Shown here: positions 37,407 to 50,461 of the stretch, piece after piece | How positions within the stretch are numbered: position 1 is the first letter of the stretch | How the letters are laid out: every line of letters starts with the position of its first letter | Origin: Octopus sinensis | Taxonomy: Eukaryota | Direction: 5' to 3' | Assembly: GCF_006345805.1 (NCBI RefSeq) | Contig: NC_043004.1 | Location: 54,560,001-54,624,000 of the forward strand | DNA: 64,000 nucleotides | Made by a program: the position numbers and the translations under genes | The notes under the pieces: model-generated | Told to the model about the DNA's origin: nothing | Seen by the model: the letters and a program-made list of their open reading frames with translations, nothing else | Databases searched by the model: none

Positions 37407-40400
37407 ATGGCTTCGCTTAACCTTGGTTGTTTAAATGTGCGTGGTCTGAGTTCGAAGTGGAAGCAGGCTTGTTTCTTCGACGACCTCAGATCACATGATA
37501 TACATGTGATGGTTGCTACAGAGACCAAGCTGGACAGCCTACAAACCTTCTCGCCTCTCCTGAATGGCTATGAGAAAATCATGTCTCCTCGCCAGACCGG
37601 AGGGCGAGGGGGTGTAGTGGTACTGATCCGTAAAGACTTGGCTCTGCAGACAAGTACAGTCTATGTAGACCCAGAAGGTGGGCTGGTCGTCCTTGATGTG
37701 ACATACAGCAGTAAGGCCTTCAGGTTGATCGGACTCTATGCACCTTGTGCTACAGGTTTCCAAACTGATTTTTATCGGCGCCTAGAGAGCTTTCTCGTGA
37801 CGTCGAAGACTTTAGTGATATTAGGGGACTTTAATGCTATCGTTGACGTTCACATCGATAGCGTTGGCTCGATCTATAGGAAAGTAAACTCACGCCTCGT
37901 GGATCTGATTAAGCGGTTTCAGCTGGCAGATCGTTACAGACTTGACCATCCGAACGTCCCAGAGTGGACCTGGATGAGTGGCGACGGAAGGTTCAAGTCT
38001 TATCTAGACAGGATAGTGATAAGAACTAGAGATAAGTCTAGTTTTAGTTGTCCACAGCTCGTCCAGGTGCCCTATACTGACCATAGAATGGTCACGTGTG
38101 GACTGGACATAGATAGCACACTTAAGATAGGAACCGGATACTGGAAGCTGAACAAGTCTATTTTGACACGCGAGGCATACCGTAGCCGGATTAAGGTGTT
38201 AGTGCAGAGGGCGTTAACCGGAGCCGTGGTTAATAACCGGTGGTGGTTCGCCCTCAAAAGAGCCATTCGATTCGAGTCCATTAGATTTAGTAAACAACTA
38301 AGACTAGATAGGGCTAGAATAGAAGGGCAACTAGTTAAGAACTTAGAGGAGGCGTTGAGGTTGGGCTCTGCATCTCACATTTTAGCGGCGAGAACGGCAT
38401 TAGACCGTCACCTAAAAACCAAACATGAGGGATGTAGAGTTCGGTCTAAAGTACGAGCATTGGGCCGTGAGGGAATTAATGTTGCCGGATGGGCCCGTAC
38501 GATAGAAACACAGCGTGGAAACGATGCCACAATTGGGTCTCTTGTTGATGAAAACGGATGCACGATCAAGAAGCGGGACGAGATGTGTGAGGCACTTCAC
38601 AAGCACTTCGCCGAGTTGTTCGGGAGGTGCGGGACGCTGGATCATGGTGAGGCCCTTAGGGACTTCCTGTCTGGTGGCCCGCGCCTCTCGACACGAGAGG
38701 CTGAGTGCTGTGAAGGGTCAATCACAGCCGAGGAAGTAATCGAGGTGTTGGGCAAGTGCCCCGGGGAGAAGTCACCGGGTCTCGATGGTCTGCCCTATGA
38801 ATTTTATAGAAGTATGCCAGACTTGTTCGGACACCTGCTGGCTAGCGTCTACGCCAACTGGCAGCAGAATGGGAGAATTCCCAAGTCTGCGAGCCGGGGG
38901 GCGGTGACGTTGATCAGGAAGGACCCGAACAAGGGGGACGAGATAGGGAACTTCAGGCCCATAACTCTGTTGAACACAGAGTTAAAGATTCTGGCCAAAG
39001 TGCTAGCAAAAAGGTTGGCGCGTGTCGTGGACAAACTTGTCGGGGAAGCGCAAACGTGCGCTATCCCTGGCAGAACGATCTACGACAATCTCCACCTTAT
39101 ACGTTACTCCTTAGAGAGGGCGGGGAAGCTTTCTGGCGCAGGGAGAGCACTGGTACATTTAGACCAGTCCAAAGCATTTGATAGGGTCGACCATCGGTAC
39201 TTGGCGGCGGTCCTCGGAGAGGCTGGCCTAGGCCCGACCTTTCGAGGTTGGATCGCTTCTTTGTATAGCGACATCGAGTCTGTAGTCAAGGTGAACGGTT
39301 CCTTTTCGAAGCCGTTCAGGATCGAGCGTTCAGTTCGTCAAGGGTGTCCCCTGTCCTCGCTCCTATACGTATTGGCTCTTGAGCCTTTGCTGCGGAAGTT
39401 GGAGGCACTAGGGGGCGCGCCGCATGATCTATGGTGTGGAAGAGGAGCTACGGCGTATGCGGATGACACCTCCATCATCGTGGCAGACGAAGGCCAGCTT
39501 CCAGTGGTGGAAGAGGCCATCAAAAGCTACGAGGCGGTGGCAGGAGCAAAGGTTAACAAGGACAAGTCGGTCGGTTTGCAACTCGGCACCTGGAGGGGCA
39601 AGCCGATGCCGTCCAATAACGTCGTTGGACGGAAGGTCCTGTTAAGCTGCTCGGAGTCTGGTTCGGGCCAGACCTCCAGATTGAGAAAAATTGGAGTGAG
39701 GTGGCCAACAAGGTGACCGCTCTAACCCAGACCTGGTCTGGGCGGGCGTTATCCCAGCTAGGGAAGGCGGAGGTGGTGCAGATGTTTATAGCATCAGTAA
39801 TCACCTACCGTCTGACCGTGGTGCCTTGCCCCGATTTGTGGCTGAACAAGTTGGAGAGAATCCTTTTCCGATTTTTGTGGAAAGGAGGAAAGCCACTTGT
39901 AAAGCGCTCTGTCTGCTGCCAGAAACCGCTAAAGGGTGGGCTAGGGATGCCTTGGCTGAGGATGCGAAAACTCGCGTTAAGGTTGAGGCACCTTTGGCTT
40001 TACCTGGATGGAGAGCAGGTGTGGTCGCCGCACGTCCGGTTCTACCTTCCCCAGTTAACATCCCTAACGGACATCGGTGCATGGATCAAGCGGAGACCTA
40101 AACTGAGTGAATGGCATTTGGAGTGCCGTCAGGCGCTCCAGCTACTCTCTCGGGTGGGCAACGCCGGCAACAGGAGTTCCACTACGGATTTCTATAGCGG
40201 GTTAGTGGAGGTTAAGTCCGAAGACGCCTTGGGGGAGACCCTGGGCTACGATGAAAATCAGTTGGTCAACCTGTTCCGGAGGACGTTCGGGCCGGGGTAT
40301 CTGGATAATTACCAGAAATCCCTGGCCTGGCAGTGTTTCCGTGCGGCTTTACCTGTTCGCGACAAGCTGTCAAGGCACGGTAGTGCCGTCTCGCCGACAT

Positions 40401-40801
40401 GCCCGCGATGTGAGCAGGATAGGGAGACCGTCTTGCACGCATTCGTGGAGTGTCCGGAGTTATCGGGACTGATAGCTTTTGTTGAACAACTGTTGTCAGT
40501 GATGGGAAGAGTACAGCTATCAGCTGAGTCTATCATCGAGATTGTGCCGCCCCCTTTCCTTAACAGGGAAAGAAAGGCTTGTTTTTTCTGTGTAGTAGCC
40601 ATACTGAAAGAAACAGTATGGAAGACGCGTACGAAAGGTATAGTGACAGGCACCTTTGTCTCCGGCCAGGGGTTGATTAACTTTTTTAGTTACCACCTCA
40701 GTAGCAAAATCAGGCTGGAGAAGAGGTGTCTGTCACGAGATATGTTTGTGAAAAGATGGAAGCCTGTAGCATGCAAGATGGGTATGTTTGACACCAGGTA
40801 A
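37407..40801 (+). pseudogene. Tx1 ORF2p (AP endonuclease + reverse transcriptase), one frameshift near 39630
   Basis: Reads LNVRGL, ILGDFNA, SYLDRI, YTDHRMV, KSPGLDGLP, FRPITLLN, LDQSKAFDRV, VRQGCPLS and AYADD. Compared with paralogous VVGRWTDGPV, about 7 nt are deleted between ggacg repeats. Confidence 0.92.
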
Positions 40802-41044
40802 GTGTGACCGGATCAGAAAGTAAAGGTTCTACCCGGATGGCTGGGTGTCCGTCCTTCGACATGATCATTAATATTTTTAAACATTGTCTTCGTAAAACTC
40901 ATTGTTTATAGTCTTATCCGTAATTTCATTCGAAAATTGTAACTGTGTTAAGCTACTTCACCCTTTATATTTGTCTGTCCTTGTTTGTCCCCTCTTTGTA
41001 AATGCCTAAATGGCAAATTATATGAAATAAACTAGCTTGCTAGC

Positions 41045-42600
41045 AGTTGCTTCTGCGCATGTGCGAGTCAATGTTGTGTTTGGCACTGAAGCGGTGAAGA
41101 CGTGCTTTTGAAGCCGTCTTGAATTGAAAATTTTGGAAGCCCCATTGTAAGGTAAGATTCTGTTTTCTTGGTCCAGTGGGAGTTTTTGTTGAAAATTGTT
41201 TTTTACAGGCAGGAAGTCCTACTGGATTCAGAATTCTGATTCTGCCGACATGGGACAAATATATTTTTCTCGTTGAATTGAGAAAATTTGGGGGGGGGGC
41301 GTATCCGTCTCCGATAAATTGAGTGAATATTTTTCTCACCTAATTGTGAGAATTGTATTGTGCTGTGAAGAACTTTTATGAATTGTGAAAACTGCTATAT
41401 AGGAGAGTATTTTGCCTCCGAAGTTTGAACAATTTTTACCAATTTTACACCAATTTTTGTGGAAGTTGTGTTCCAGTTGCGGCGTTCCTAGTTCAATTTA
41501 GGCCAGAAGGTTTTTGCTGTGTTATTGACTTTATTTTCAACTTTATTTGACTTTCTTTTTAACTTTATTTGACTTTCTCCTTTTTTCACTGTGACTTTCT
41601 TCTGATTTCCTTTTCTTCTCGTTTTATTCTGAATACATTTAAAAAAAAAAGAAAAAAAAAACAACATGGCAATGAAAAATAACAAACTTTTGGAATGGGA
41701 GATCATACCGCCTAAAAAGTGGTTAAAAGACCGTGAAGATAGGACGGTGGTGTTGAGAACCTACTCCAAGGCACTCGACACCATCGCCCTATTCGAAAAG
41801 ACGCCAATTGAAAAGGAGTTGGAAGAGTATTTGCCAACAATTAAATTCATTTCCAGAGGTGTCAAATATGCAACGGTGTGGTTGCTATTTGACACCCCTG
41901 AAGAGGCTTGCAAATTTGCTAGCAAACCCCTGGAGGGTAAGGAAATTTTATTCCTGCCCACGTACAAAAAAAAGAAATTGATGAAAGCTTGGATTTGCGG
42001 GTTGCCACCCGGGATAGAACCCGAGTGGATAGAGGAGACTATCCGCCGGGGTCTGGGTGGCAGCGAAACTAAGCTCCTCAATGTAAAAGTTCTTCCTGCG
42101 GCTGCTTGGGTTGGGTCAAAAGCAATTTTGACCCTGTGGACCCAATCAGCCAATCTGGTTCTTCCAGATTTTTTTTTAAATGGCCGGGTACAGGTACCCG
42201 GTGATGCTTGAGGGTCGCCCCCTAAGTGTCATCGGTGCTTGGAGTCCGGCCACATAAGGAAGAACTGTCCCCGGGAACAAATTAGGATCCCGGAACAGTT
42301 AAGTAAAACCCCTCTAGAAGAGGGAATGATAACGGCCGAGAATTGAACGTATTGGTCCTCTTCTATAGAGGCGGAGAAATTGAGAAGGTGATGGAAGAGC
42401 ACCACAAGGGAGCACCTTTAGCCTTCACACAGGACCCCGAATGGCCTCCGCAGATAGCTGTGACGTGACGCTTGGGCTGAAGGAGCTCAATGAAGATTAT
42501 AACTTGGTCCCGGGCGACGCTAACTCGGAACTTGATTCCGTTCTGAGGGAGGCGTGGTGGATGGTGGAGGGCGCGGGCACAAGTTATTTCTAGGACGATA
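41045..42600 (+). mobile_element. Second Tx1-like element: 5' UTR + ORF1 only, no ORF2 visible
   Basis: Contains gaagacgtgct near the 5' end. ORF 41666-42211 is homologous to the other ORF1s (TVVLRT..FEK.PIEK.L, P.Y, GLPP). A shifted frame reads EGRPPKCHRCLESGHIRKNC (~42210-42270). Confidence 0.72.
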
Positions 42601-42789
42601 TGTAATTATTGAACTGTTATTATTAGTAATGGACTGCTAAGTCCAAAAATTGAAAAAATTGTAAGAGGTTTAATACCTCGTTTTGTGTTTATCTTTCAAA
42701 AGAACAATGTTTTAGAGAAGCGAAAGTCGGCGGGCTGTTCCGTTGATCTGATCAACTGGAACCTTCGTCGTCTTAATCGACGTAGTGCT

Positions 42790-42837
<48 letters not shown>

Positions 42838-43144
42838 ACAAATAAGAAAATGGAGAGACAAATCTGGTTTGTATTTTTGTATGCTTTTGATGTTCTCACT
42901 TGTAAAATGTATAAATAATCGAACATTATAATATCCGTAAGTTGATGAACAAACCAAATTTGTTTCTCCATTTCCTTATTTCTATTATAAATTTACGGTA
43001 AAAATATTTCTTTACCTTCACCCGTTTAATACAATAAATGACTTAATTACATTGCAATTAAAAACATTTATATATTAAGAATTTGGGTACTTTACCAACA
43101 GTATATTAGATAAATCATATCACCCATAACGCCTATCTTACTTT

Positions 43145-43216
<72 letters not shown>

Positions 43217-43242
43217 CATACATACATACATACATACATACA

Positions 43243-43273
<31 letters not shown>

Positions 43274-43342
43274 CATACATACATACATACATACATACAT
43301 ACTACATACATACATACATACATACATACATACATACATACA

Positions 43343-43373
<31 letters not shown>

Positions 43374-43402
43374 CATACTACATACATACATACATACATA
43401 CA

Positions 43403-43435
<33 letters not shown>

Positions 43436-43436
43436 G

Positions 43437-43646
43437 ATGGCTGCCCCCTCGTTATCGAGTATGGCCATTCCACGAAGCTTAACTTTTATTGGTGCTGTGA
43501 TCGAATGTGACCGCAGGGTGTCCAATAAACACCATCCTCACCAAGCAAGCTTGGTGGGGTTGCCGGTTTAAACGCCGACGGCCCGACCATGCAACAGGTT
43601 GTACTGGGTTACATGTTGCCAGTAGCACTCGAAAGTGACCTGACAT

Positions 43647-43648
<2 letters not shown>
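43437..43648 (-). mobile_element. Probable SINE/LINE 3' fragment with an RTE-like tail
   Basis: GC-rich island between microsatellites; the minus strand ends ctcgataacgagggggcagccatc. The assignment is from memory only. Confidence 0.4.
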
Positions 43649-43682
<34 letters not shown>

Positions 43683-43699
43683 CATACCTACATAAAAAA

Positions 43700-44034
43700 G
43701 TAAAGACCCCCTTCGGTCATGAGTGACCATGGGTTTGCACCTAGAGAGTTACCCTCTGAGGCACAAGTCTGGGCAAGGTTGTTTTTATGAAGACCAGTAG
43801 TCGCCCATGCATACCGGCCTCCCCTCTCCACGCCACCAGTGTTATCCAAGGGAAAGACAAAGGTCGATACAGCTTGGCACCTGTGACGTCGCAACTCATT
43901 TCTACAGCTGAGTGAACTGGAGCAACGTGAAATAAAGCGTCTTGCTCAAGAACACAACACGCAGCCCGGTCCGGGATTCGAGCTCACAACCTCACGATCG
44001 TAAGCTCGACGCTCTAACCACTGAGCCATGCGCC
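43700..44034 (-). mobile_element. CORE-type SINE
   Basis: Reverse complement of 25731-26066. Confidence 0.85.
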
Positions 44035-44074
44035 TTATATACATAGATATATACATACATACATATATACATAT

Positions 44075-44122
<48 letters not shown>

Positions 44123-44134
44123 TCTTTTTTACTC

Positions 44135-44372
44135 TTTTATTTGTTTCAGTCATTTGACTGCGGCCATGCTGAAGCACCGCCTTTAATCGAGCAACTCGAC
44201 CCCGGGACTTATTCTTTGTAAGCCCAGTACTTATTCTATCGGTCTCTTTTGCCGAACCGCTAAGTGACGGGGACATAAACACACCAGCATCGGTTGTCAA
44301 GCAATGCTAGGGGTACAAGCACAGACACACAAACATACACGCGCACACACGCACACACACAGACACACACAC

Positions 44373-44425
<53 letters not shown>

Positions 44426-44594
44426 CATATATACGACGGGCTTCTTTCAGTTTCCGTCTACCAAATCGACTCACAAGGCTTTGGTCGGCCCGAGGCTATA
44501 GTAGAAGACACTTGTCCAAGTTGCCACGCAGTGGGACTGAACCCTGAACCATGTGGCTGGTAAGCAAGCTACTTACCACACAGCCACTCCTGCA
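44135..44594 (-). mobile_element. tRNA-derived SINE with internal (CA)n/(TA)n
   Basis: Reverse-complement homology to 60517-60925. Confidence 0.85.
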
Positions 44595-45073
44595 CCATAT
44601 ATGTATGTATGTCATATATTTTGTCATATGTTGTTTTATATATACTACTCTCTATAATCCTCTTCTGAAACAACCCCAATTTCGATCCAAATACTTTCGT
44701 CTTACATCGTAAATATATAGAAACCTACCTTCAGATTGGTATTTGGTAGATGTTACTTCCTGTGGTGTTGTTCTGGGTATGTATTTGTCATTATGGATGT
44801 GTTTGTTTTCAAGCTATGCTTTGTGTAGTGTGAGAAATGTTGGATGTTTGCGTGTATGAATGTACGTATGTATGTATGTATGTATGTATGTATGTATGTA
44901 TGCATGTATGTATGTATGTATTATGTATGTATGTATGTACTTATGTATGTGACTGTAAGATGTGTGTGAATAGAACGTTGTATATATGTGCATTAAGATA
45001 TGTGTATATAAGAATATACGTATGTATGTGCATATACACATACACACATATATATACATATATATACATATAC

Positions 45074-45181
<108 letters not shown>

Positions 45182-45810
45182 GCATATTAACACACACACA
45201 CATTCATGCATACATATGAAACATACAACGCCTGTATACAAATGCGTATATAATGCACAAATATACACAAAGACACATATATACAACACTATATATATAC
45301 TGGGACACTACCAACATAGAAATGCGTATACAATGCACAGATACACACACACACACTCACAAACACACATGTCCAATACGCAGGAACACATTCACACGGA
45401 TACATACGCCAAGAAGATGACCTATAAAAATTAAACAACAGGTTATAAACGATAAATCGATAATGTTTGCTGGTGATTAAATCCCAACTCTATCAAGCTT
45501 CCAAAAATCTAACCAGAACCACCGGGAGAAAGTCTTCGATGCCAGCCATATCAGTGCTGCCAAGAAAATTAATGCCAGTGGCCTATCATTATGGTAAAAT
45601 GCCTAAGGAGAAGATAAATCGATTGAATACAATAACAGAGTTATACCAACCTTATATTCTTCGAAAATGGAATTGTCATCTAGGGAAAAACCTAGAATCT
45701 TCTTCTTGAAGATTCTCCTTCATGCACAGAAAACAAATTATTATCTACTCATATATCCTAATCCACATAAATCGGGCAGAAATTGTTTTCGTGAATTATT
45801 ATTATTACGG

Positions 45811-45971
45811 GTGCAGGCGTGACGGTGCGTTAAGACGGCTTCTTCCAGCCACATGGTTCTGGGTTCAGTCCCATTGCGTGGCACCTTGGGTAAGTAGCTT
45901 CTACTATAGCCTCGGGCCGACCAAAGCTTTGTGAGTGCATATGGTAGACAGTAACTGAAAGAAGCCCGTCG

Positions 45972-46026
<55 letters not shown>

Positions 46027-46140
46027 CTTTATGTCCGTGGTTGTCCCCCCCTACCACCACTTGACAACCAGTGCTGGTGTGTTTACGTCCCCATAGCATC
46101 TCGGCAAAAGAGAACGATAGACTAAGTACCTGGTTTAAAA
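45811..46140 (+). mobile_element. tRNA-derived SINE (family of 60517-60925)
   Basis: cacatggttctgggttcagtcccattgcgtggcacc...ctatagcctcgggccgacc. Confidence 0.8.
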
Positions 46141-46297
46141 TTTTTTTTAAACAGATAAAAGATGACATTTTACTATTCGGAGTCCATGATCTTGCTCCGG
46201 TTATTTCTGTGACAGCGGACTGTTGTCTAAGGTCTCACAGTATCTCTCAGGGTCTGTTTATTTTTCTTACTATAATTGCTGTTGATGCTGCTGTTGC

Positions 46298-46328
<31 letters not shown>

Positions 46329-46331
46329 AAA

Positions 46332-46470
46332 GCGGCGATCTGGGAGAATTGTTAGTAAGCCGGGCGAAATACTTGGCGGCATTCCGTCCGTCTTTACGTT
46401 CTGAGTTCAAATCCGCTGGGGGCAACTTTGCTTTTCCTCGCTTTCGTGGTGGGGGGCGATAAATCAAAAA
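46332..46470 (+). mobile_element. OK-like SINE fragment
   Basis: gccgggcgaaatac...gttctgagttcaaat...actttgc. Confidence 0.65.
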
Positions 46471-46479
46471 TCAGTTGAT

Positions 46480-46511
46480 GGCTGGTTTTATTATCATTAT
46501 CATCATCATCT

Positions 46512-46575
<64 letters not shown>

Positions 46576-46640
46576 CATTATTATTATTATCATTATTATT
46601 ATTATTATCATATTATTATTATTATTTATTATTATTATTA

Positions 46641-46682
<42 letters not shown>

Positions 46683-46699
46683 CATTATCATCATCATCT

Positions 46700-46735
<36 letters not shown>

Positions 46736-46785
46736 TATCATTATTATTATTATCATTATTATCATTATTATCATTATCATCATCA

Positions 46786-46850
<65 letters not shown>
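46480..46850. repeat. (ATT)n/(ATC)n microsatellite
   Basis: Directly visible. Confidence 0.97.
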
Positions 46851-47077
46851 GAGTGAGTGAGAGAGTAGCACATGCCATCAACGTGACACTGGGGGTACAA
46901 TTATACGAAGTTCAATATATCCATCATGACTGCCAGTCTGATAAGGATACACTAGGCACATGCATCGCAGCCGTATATGCGTAACATGGCGATCTTATAT
47001 CAAGATAAACAGCGCATGACCTTGCAGGAGGGGCCTATCCTGCTCAAAATGTCCCTGAGTAAGATTTGTTTAAAGAT
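46851..47077 (-). mobile_element. Diverged partial third copy of the ~570-bp repeat
   Basis: gagtgagtgagagagtagcacatgccatcaacgtgacactggggg...caagataaacagc matches 14488 onward, and again abuts (ATT)n. Confidence 0.78.
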
Positions 47078-47268
47078 GATTAGTGATTTAGTCATAAGGC
47101 TTAAACGGTGGTACTACGTTGTGAGTTAAAATTCCACCGAGGTCGACTTTGCCTTTTATCCTTTCGGAGTCGACAAAATAAGTACGAATCTAGCACTGAG
47201 ATTTTGCTAAATCCCCTTCTCCCAAATTTCAAGCCTTGTACCTATTATAGAAAGGATTATTATTATTT

Positions 47269-47571
47269 GTTGAAACGTGGGAGAATGTGGCGAATATGGC
47301 CCGTGTGAATAGGCCTACTTTGAACATTTGCCTGTAGGCCGGAACGGTTGATGTAAAGAGATGCTCTTGGCAATCGGGGTGACCAGGATGTATGGGGTAC
47401 CTTAGATGACTCTGGATGGAACTCCCCCCAATTGTGGTTTTTTTTTTGTTAGAAGTTTCTTGTAAATTGTTGTTTTTCATTGCATATTCATTATTGTTCA
47501 ACACCCCTCTTGTCCCTTGTATTATATTTTCCCTATTTGTTTAGTGTCTAGCCCTTGTAGTCAATAAAGAA
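47269..47571 (+). mobile_element. 5'-truncated Tx1 3' end in an (ATT)n context
   Basis: VETWENVANMARVNRPTLNICL* is homologous to KRWVNVARMARMNDEATLNMIL; the 3' UTR ends tagcccttgtagtcaataaagaa followed by attattatt. Confidence 0.75.
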
Positions 47572-48199
47572 ATTATTATTATTATTAATCACTTAGCGGT
47601 TCGGCAAAGAGACCGATAGAATAAGTACTGGGCTTACAAAGAATAAGTCCCGGAGTCGATTTGCTCGTCTAAAGGCGGTGCTCCAGTATGGCCGCAGTCA
47701 AATGGCTGAAACAAGTAAAAGAGTAAAAGAGTAATCATTTAGTTATATTATTTATCTCATATCACCTACATTTTCGCATAAAATCATTTGCATTGTGTTG
47801 TATTCAATGATACCATAGTTCCATTATCATAGTGTCTGTAACAATACCCCATACACTCTAGTTGTGGCTTGCACATTCAGCAGACATCATCATGTACACA
47901 TACAATTTTTTCAGAAACAACAATCTGTAAGAGAAATTTTATTAATATTGTATGTAAGCCACATGTAAAAATGTATCAGGTAATTGTTTTTCTCAAATTC
48001 CTCAACACGTGTTCTAATGCAAACATATATATCTGTATATTCACACGCGTGCACACAAGCGCAGAAACATATACACAGGTCTAATTGTGCGCGAGCGTAT
48101 GTGTGTATTCGTAGATGTATATATATATATATATATATATACTCAGATCGCTCTTCAGAAAAGCCAGTAACGCCGAAACTTTGGAGAATTTTGTGAAGA

Positions 48200-49580
48200 A
48201 AGACTCATCAATTACGTCAAATTCGATACTTGGCAGGTCCTTTATTCCATCAACCCACGATGGATGAAAGGCAAACTTGACCTCGGCACGATTTGAATTT
48301 AGAATATAGGAAACCGGAACATGCAATACAAGACATTACTTCCCACACTTTCAGGGGTCTAGCAATCAACTGCTCTACGTTATGAGATTAATTCTAGTCG
48401 AGGTCACATTCGCACTCCATCTCTCGTGGGTTGATAGACTAGAAGAATAACCATTTGCCTGAATAAGAAACAGTTATTAATAGTAAATATTAGTTTCCAA
48501 TATATTAGCACAAAGGTGTGGAAGAAGTAGGTCGATTACATCGGCCCCTGGGCTCATTTGGTACTTATTTTATTGACCCCGAAAGGATGAAAGGCAAAGT
48601 AGACCTCGGCAGAATTTGAACTCAGAACGTAAAGACGGACGAAATGCCGCTAAGCATGCTAACGATTCTGCCAGCTCGCCGCCTTATTAATAGTAAATAT
48701 TATCTAAGTATATAATATATAAAGTTTTCCTAAGTATTGCAAGTTATGCCATTAAAGTATTTACACGGTAAAAGGACCAACGAGCATAACGATAATGCAG
48801 TCGTAAATAGGTTTCCCCGAATATAATGTGTAATGATGGTAGTTAGAATGCTTTTGAGACATAGTTTGTACTAAACAATAATAGGAACAAAGGTTACTCC
48901 TTTTAAAGTTAAGATTCTTTTCGCGTAAATAAGAATAGAGAGAATTTCAAAGCAGGCTTCAATTGCCGTAGAGAACAATGCGAATTAATAGCATACTGAT
49001 TGTACAAAATCAACAAAGAGGTATCGATAACCAGCTGTAACCATTTCAATTCAATTAGGAATAAATCTCCTTTCACTTATCTTTATAACTGAATTATTTT
49101 GGTTTTCTTTAAGCAAAAGAAGATCAATAGAAGGGTATTTTTGTTTATTGTTGTTTATGTTTTATTTTGTTTTGTGGGAGTTTTTTCCCGTTTCCAGTAT
49201 ATATGATGAGTATATATCTGGGAAAATAGTTTTGTGTATTTAGTCAAGTAAATGTAATATGTTTGCTTATTAGATACGTTTATATGTGTGTATATATGTG
49301 TGCGTGTTTATAACAAGGTAAATATCCATTCTACTTAAGAGACAAGGCCTGAAATTTTGGAGGAGGGATCTAGTCGTTTATTCGACCCCAGTACTCGACT
49401 GGTACTTATTTTAACGACCCCGAAAGAAAGAAAGGCACAGCTGACTCACGGCCTTTGGATGTAGACCGTAAAGGCGGACGAAATGCCACTAAGCGAGCGA
49501 GACTGACTACACCGAACTGACGACGAGCAATAGACTCAGAAACATATGTCCGACGTGCTAACGACTCTGCCATCTCACCT
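48200..49580 (-). mobile_element. Several decayed OK-like SINE copies (about 48200-48330, 48510-48683, 49325-49580)
   Basis: Repeated gaccccgaaagga.gaaaggcaaagt.gacctcggc...gaatttgaactcagaacgtaaagacggacgaaatgcc. Confidence 0.75.
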
Positions 49581-49819
49581 GCTTATATCAAGTTAAATGT
49601 AAAGACAATTTAACTTTAAACTGGTAGATTTCTCAATACTTTTTAGTAGAGTATGCCTTTATTAAACTTTTACACGGATAAGTTTGACAGCAACTTCGAA
49701 GTTTCGTCTTGCTCCCATTCGTCATATGTGTGTGTATACATACGTGTGTGTGTATGTGTCTGTGTATGTGTGTGCAAGCGTATGCGAGCGTCTGTATGTT
49801 TGCGCACTCGTGTGTGTGT

Positions 49820-49827
49820 AGATAGAT

Positions 49828-49889
<62 letters not shown>

Positions 49890-49898
49890 GTAGGTAGG

Positions 49899-49971
<73 letters not shown>

Positions 49972-49981
49972 GTAGATAGAT

Positions 49982-50037
<56 letters not shown>

Positions 50038-50051
50038 TAGATAGATAGATA

Positions 50052-50122
<71 letters not shown>
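49820..50122. repeat. (GATA)n microsatellite
   Basis: Directly visible. Confidence 0.97.
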
Positions 50123-50123
<1 letters not shown>

Positions 50124-50273
50124 CTTTTTATTGTAGCCACACAGGGCTAAACACAGAATAAAAATGGACGAAATACAATGTAGAATTTTTTCTTTTCGAG
50201 GTGGGATGGGTGGGGCACAAAAAAAACAAAACATTTGATCAATAGGGATCTGTGGGTTGTGTGGTGTATAAAA

Positions 50274-50319
<46 letters not shown>

Positions 50320-50461
50320 ATATAATATATATATATATATAAGGTTCACAGTTTACGTGTAGCCTTGGAAAGAAAAACCTACAAAAAAGACCAAGGTCAC
50401 CTCAGACAGTTCGAAAAAGAACACATGCGTAAGTCGCCTTACTTCTCGTTGTCTCTTTTGG

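Larger units (their letters stand above)
35691..41031 (+). mobile_element. Near full-length Tx1/L1-clade LINE
   Basis: 5' UTR, ORF1 with a zinc knuckle, ORF2 with APE + RT, and a 3' UTR ending aaataaa. Confidence 0.92.

Noticed and set aside
42728-42792. Double hairpin (ttccgttgatc/gatcaactggaa; cgtcg/cgacg) as a novel structured RNA
   Set aside because: It matches, from memory, the RTE-type 3' tail of an abundant octopus SINE, so it is most likely a tail fragment.
48140-48190. cagaaaagccagtaacgccgaaac as a hammerhead relic
   Set aside because: The core and stems are too degenerate to distinguish from chance.
49517-49552. CTGACGA-cgag..ctca-GAAACATATGTC motif with a palindromic stem III
   Set aside because: Stem I does not pair. 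The 3' half belongs to a SINE interrupted by a ~50-nt insert, so the motif is likely a chance junction.
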